From Ancylonema sp. (taxonomy: Eukaryota), in the NCBI GenBank assembly GCA_050230475.1, contig JBFLGF010000195.1, positions 1 to 50,585 of the forward strand: a DNA stretch of 50,585 nt. The letters are read 5' to 3'. The translations under genes and the position numbers were made by a program. Shown here piece by piece: positions 50,001 through 50,585 of the stretch (the stretch's first letter is position 1; each line of letters begins with the position of its first letter). The notes beneath the pieces are model-generated. The model was not told the DNA's origin. It ran no database searches and worked only from the letters and a program-made list of their open reading frames with translations.

Positions 50001-50585
50001 TCGACAAGTGCAGCTGTATAGTATGTAAAAAGCGGTACTCAATATGTAACATGTATGATTATGTGCTGCAAACGAAAGATTGAGGTCGTCGTATGCAAAG
50101 AGACTGTGCAAATGCATGCAGTGTAAGTCCACAGCCCCGAGCGGTGCGGGAGAATTATCAAGTACCTGAAGTTGTCCCATCTCCTGCCACAATGTCTTGT
50201 GACTTGGAAAGCTCCACCAGCATCTTTGCCGCAGGTTGAGTCACTTCCATCTGCAAAATCCATCGGGTAAAATTTTCTCAACACACGGATCCCGTGTCTC
50301 TTGTTGCCAGTTCTTTCTTCCTTCCAAATGTATGTATATATCATGCTCCATACCCAAGTTTCGCAGAAGCTGCTGATGTCTTAGCGAGTCAACCAAAAAA
50401 GGAAGGCAAGTATGATATGTGAGCACTAGGGCATCTATAATCCAGAATTTAGCATCCATATCTACACTGAATCCTGTAGATATCCAATTCAGACCTTGTT
50501 TAATATGGTGGCCCCGTCGTTTGTGATGATGACCTCTCCATTGCCCGTTTGCAACATTTTATCCATTCCGCGCGGACCTAAACTG
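47046..50585 (-). CDS. CCT4: T-complex protein 1 subunit delta, 5' end outside window; exons >50582-50495, 50250-50166, 49788-49676, 49473-49390, 49156-49028, 48955-48788, 48695-48393, 48144-48073, 47985-47797, 47579-47493, 47201-47046
   Basis: [111 protein letters not shown]. In-frame TAG at 48138-48136; GC donor at 49389. Confidence 0.95.

Overview
Eukaryotic nuclear DNA from a green plant lineage, probably a streptophyte alga or other non-vascular streptophyte (inferred from GT/GC-AG introns, a plant RS2Z gene, a plastid-type Cu/Zn-SOD, a PADRE gene and TTTAGGG repeats). Eight spliced genes were reconstructed by hand: PADRE/DUF4228-like (+), RS2Z splicing factor (-), RPS9 (-), Cu/Zn-SOD (+), NHX Na+/H+ antiporter (-), a membrane Lnt-like CN-hydrolase with a disrupted frame and Cys-to-Ser nucleophile (+), CARNMT1-like methyltransferase (-), and 5'-truncated CCT4 with an in-frame TAG (-). 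The intergenic DNA is TE-rich. It holds three copies of a ~1.2-kb solo-LTR family (two intact with 4-bp TSDs), a CRE-like non-LTR relic split by another solo LTR, and a 629-bp duplication next to an N gap. The most striking structure is at 38.0-44.6 kb: a giant, nearly spacer-less palindrome (922-bp inner arms, ~99.7% identical) whose right arm carries a solo LTR. That LTR in turn carries a deleted Ty3/gypsy element with a Tf1-type self-priming PBS and an A-AAA-AAC frameshift site. All family assignments come from motif recognition by eye; no database searches were run.
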